Positions 62,283 through 64,000 of a DNA stretch of 64,000 nucleotides are shown here, one piece after another (position 1 is the first letter of the stretch; each line of letters begins with the position of its first letter). Made by a program: the position numbers and the translations under genes. The notes under the pieces were generated by a model, which saw only the letters and a list, made by a program, of their open reading frames with translations, had not been told where the DNA came from and ran no database searches. This DNA is from an uncultured Dehalococcoidia bacterium (GTDB lineage Bacteria > Chloroflexota > Dehalococcoidia > Dehalococcoidales > UBA1222), in the NCBI GenBank assembly GCA_903844845.1, contig CAIMVG010000021.1:70992-134991 (forward strand), read 5' to 3'.

Positions 62283-63299
62283 TTATTCTACGACTTTCTC
62301 TCGAAGTAGGCTCCAGTAGAATGCCAGGCTGATCACGAAAGGTACGAAATAGTAAACGATTCGGAAAAGGATGGCGGCGATGACTCCCTCGGAAAAAGGG
62401 ACCCCGAACAGGGCGAAAACCCCGGCCATAGTGGCCTCCTGAACGCCCATATCACCGGGGATGAAAGAAATCACGGTTAAAGTTATGCCGAAATTGAACC
62501 CGGTAAGTAGAACTCCGACGTGCACCGGGATGCCTAGCGCAGCGAAGCAGAACCAAAGCGCCGCGATGGATGCAGCCACGTCGATGAGGATAGAAATTGC
62601 CAGGGGGACTCGATTGTCAGGGCGCTTTTTGAGGTCCTCAACTCCGAGGGTCACGGCTTCACTGAACTGGTCCAGTGTTTTTTGGATGTTCCGCCTGCTC
62701 ACCAGGTGCCAGATTCTTCCGATGCCCCGCAATACGAAAACCCGCAGCCTGGAATAAAAGGCAATGCCGGTAGCTACGACAAGTAAAGCAACAAGGGTCA
62801 GGATGATAAGCAGGATGGTCGTTATTCCAAATGCTGGCAGCGGGTGACTCACAACGATGTATATCAGGCTGATGGGAATAAGTGAAAAATACAGCAGGTT
62901 TTTAAAATAAGAAAGAAGGAGGGAAGCCGCCACGGTCAGATGGTTTCTCACACGATGCCTGCCGAGTAGTAAAATCCTCAGCGAAAGCCCCGCGGGTTGT
63001 CCGATGAGGTTTTGTAGCACCAGCGAAGCCATACCGATATTCAAAAGGTGTGGAGTTTTAATCCGATTCCCGAACACACGCATGATTACTACAAAGCTGT
63101 AACTTCCGGCTACGTAAGACAGCGTTGTCAATATCAAAGCCCCGAACAGGAAACTCCAGTTTGATGTATCCAGAAGGTGGATGACCTGTTTGCGGTCGAG
63201 TAGCACTATTCCCGCTCCAACCGCTACCAATATAAAAATGGAAATGATCGTCAGGCGGGAATAGGTCTGCGGGGACTTGGGTTTCTCTTCGTCGGCCAT
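62283..63299 (-). CDS. Flippase-like / lysylphosphatidylglycerol-synthase transmembrane-domain protein (UPF0104)
   Basis: 338 aa, 8 TM helices, pattern typical of the UPF0104 family (GD.G..E). Confidence 0.7.
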   Translation of the reverse strand: MADEEKPKSPQTYSRLTIISIFILVAVGAGIVLLDRKQVIHLLDTSNWSFLFGALILTTLSYVAGSYSFVVIMRVFGNRIKTPHLLNIGMASLVLQNLIGQPAGLSLRILLLGRHRVRNHLTVAASLLLSYFKNLLYFSLIPISLIYIVVSHPLPAFGITTILLIILTLVALLVVATGIAFYSRLRVFVLRGIGRIWHLVSRRNIQKTLDQFSEAVTLGVEDLKKRPDNRVPLAISILIDVAASIAALWFCFAALGIPVHVGVLLTGFNFGITLTVISFIPGDMGVQEATMAGVFALFGVPFSEGVIAAILFRIVYYFVPFVISLAFYWSLLREKVVE

Positions 63300-63357
63300 A
63301 TCTTTCGATTATAGTGTTTTCGTGCGCTTTACCGCAAGCGGTTTAGAATGGAAATCG

Positions 63358-63828
63358 TTACCCGCCATCGGTCTGCGGGAAGGCCACTTCCGTTAAGAGA
63401 GCTTCTATAGTTGCTTTGTGTTCGAGTTCCTGTGAAGCCAGTCTTTCGAGCAAATCCCTTACTTCTCCCCGGGCGTGAAGGTGCGCCAGCCTTAAATAGA
63501 ATTCGTAAGAGTCCTTTTCCCTGTCGGCGGCAAAAAGAAAGGCGTCTTTGAGGTCCATTCCAGCAGAATGCCCGGTTTTAGCAAAATGTTCGGCTATATG
63601 GAAATCGCAGGGGTGTTCCATGCGGAGTGCTCCCTGTATCAATAAACCGGAGCGGTAGTTTTCCAGCATATCCTGATGCTGTTTCTCCTGAAGGGCTAGG
63701 GCTTGGAGTGCCTCCCTCGCCGGTTGACTTTCAGTCTTCCCGCAGATGTCCGTATAAGCCTTTTGTGCATCAATTTCTTTCAAAATCGCAAAGTCGAGTA
63801 TTTCTTTGATATTCAGCAAACTTTTCAT
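63358..63828 (-). CDS. Ferritin-like (rubrerythrin-type diiron) domain protein
   Basis: Two E...E..H-type helices (EIDAQKAY / LQEKQH, and EKDSYEFY / ELEH). Confidence 0.7.
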   Translation of the reverse strand: MKSLLNIKEILDFAILKEIDAQKAYTDICGKTESQPAREALQALALQEKQHQDMLENYRSGLLIQGALRMEHPCDFHIAEHFAKTGHSAGMDLKDAFLFAADREKDSYEFYLRLAHLHARGEVRDLLERLASQELEHKATIEALLTEVAFPQTDGG

Positions 63829-63900
63829 GATTTTATCCAGATATTACTGATTCAAGATAACACAAAACAATGGACTGTGTATTCGATTGGGGTCTGCAAC

Positions 63901-63936
63901 AAATCAGCCCGGCGGCAATTGCCGCCGGGCTGATTT
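63901..63936 (-). terminator. Perfect 16-bp hairpin, likely terminator of the partial minus-strand gene at the window end
   Basis: AAATCAGCCCGGCGGC-AATT-GCCGCCGGGCTGATTT with T-rich runs on both strands. Confidence 0.65.
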
Positions 63937-63951
63937 TCCCCAAAGTATGGT

Positions 63952-64000
63952 CTAGGCGCAGGCGAGGATGGTTCTTTTAACCATAATCTTGGCGATCTGG
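63952..64000 (-). CDS. 3' end of an unidentified minus-strand CDS running off the window
   Basis: The open frame reads ...QIAKIMVKRTILACA then TAG at 63952-63954, followed by the hairpin. Too short to identify. Confidence 0.3.
   Translation of the reverse strand, partial: QIAKIMVKRTILACA

Overview
64-kb window of a high-GC chromosome (about 60% GC in hand-counted sample lines). It looks like an uncultured anaerobic bacterium; a Chloroflexota-like lineage is only a low-confidence guess. All homology calls come from reading motifs by eye; no database search was run. Most of the window is ordinary core or accessory content: a truncated formate-dehydrogenase-type gene, acpS, yebC-ruvC-ruvA, a PadR regulator with a membrane sensor, coaE, an M42 peptidase and several ABC-2/ABC transporters. 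It also holds an AmmeMemoRadiSam set (amrS plus a fused Memo-AMMECR1 gene), rarA, an initiator tRNA-Met, MscS, EamA, a CDF transporter and a two-component cluster (7TM histidine kinase, REC-HD-GYP-like regulator, two single-domain REC proteins). Further along are dgkA, two diverged paralogous B12-binding radical SAM genes in inverted orientation around an ABC exporter, a UbiA prenyltransferase, three tandem nitroreductases, a NitT/TauT-like ABC importer, a TAXI-TRAP transporter coupled to a radical SAM/SPASM enzyme, msrB, tag and an MsbA-like exporter. The stand-out is a sharply AT-rich island at about 24.97-31.02 kb (28-47% GC in sampled lines). It carries one tightly coupled four-gene minus-strand operon: a protein with a MORC/MutL-like GHKL ATPase module plus a complete histidine-kinase module, a REC-like protein with a CheY-type catalytic quintet, a 259-aa orphan, and an N6-adenine DNA methyltransferase. 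No recognisable restriction enzyme is present. I interpret it as a candidate undescribed phosphorelay-gated restriction-modification-like defence or epigenetic system. Other notable structure: (1) three direct copies of the tRNA-fMet 3' end plus terminator, bracketing single-gene cassettes; (2) a dispersed hairpin repeat family with conserved flanks (GTCAT ... ATCCAG) and co-varying stems, clustered at gene 3' ends, including an 89-bp-period array; (3) a membrane-anchored protein with tandem DDKGN repeats; (4) two unannotated small ORFs. No CRISPR array, rRNA, integrase or transposase was seen.
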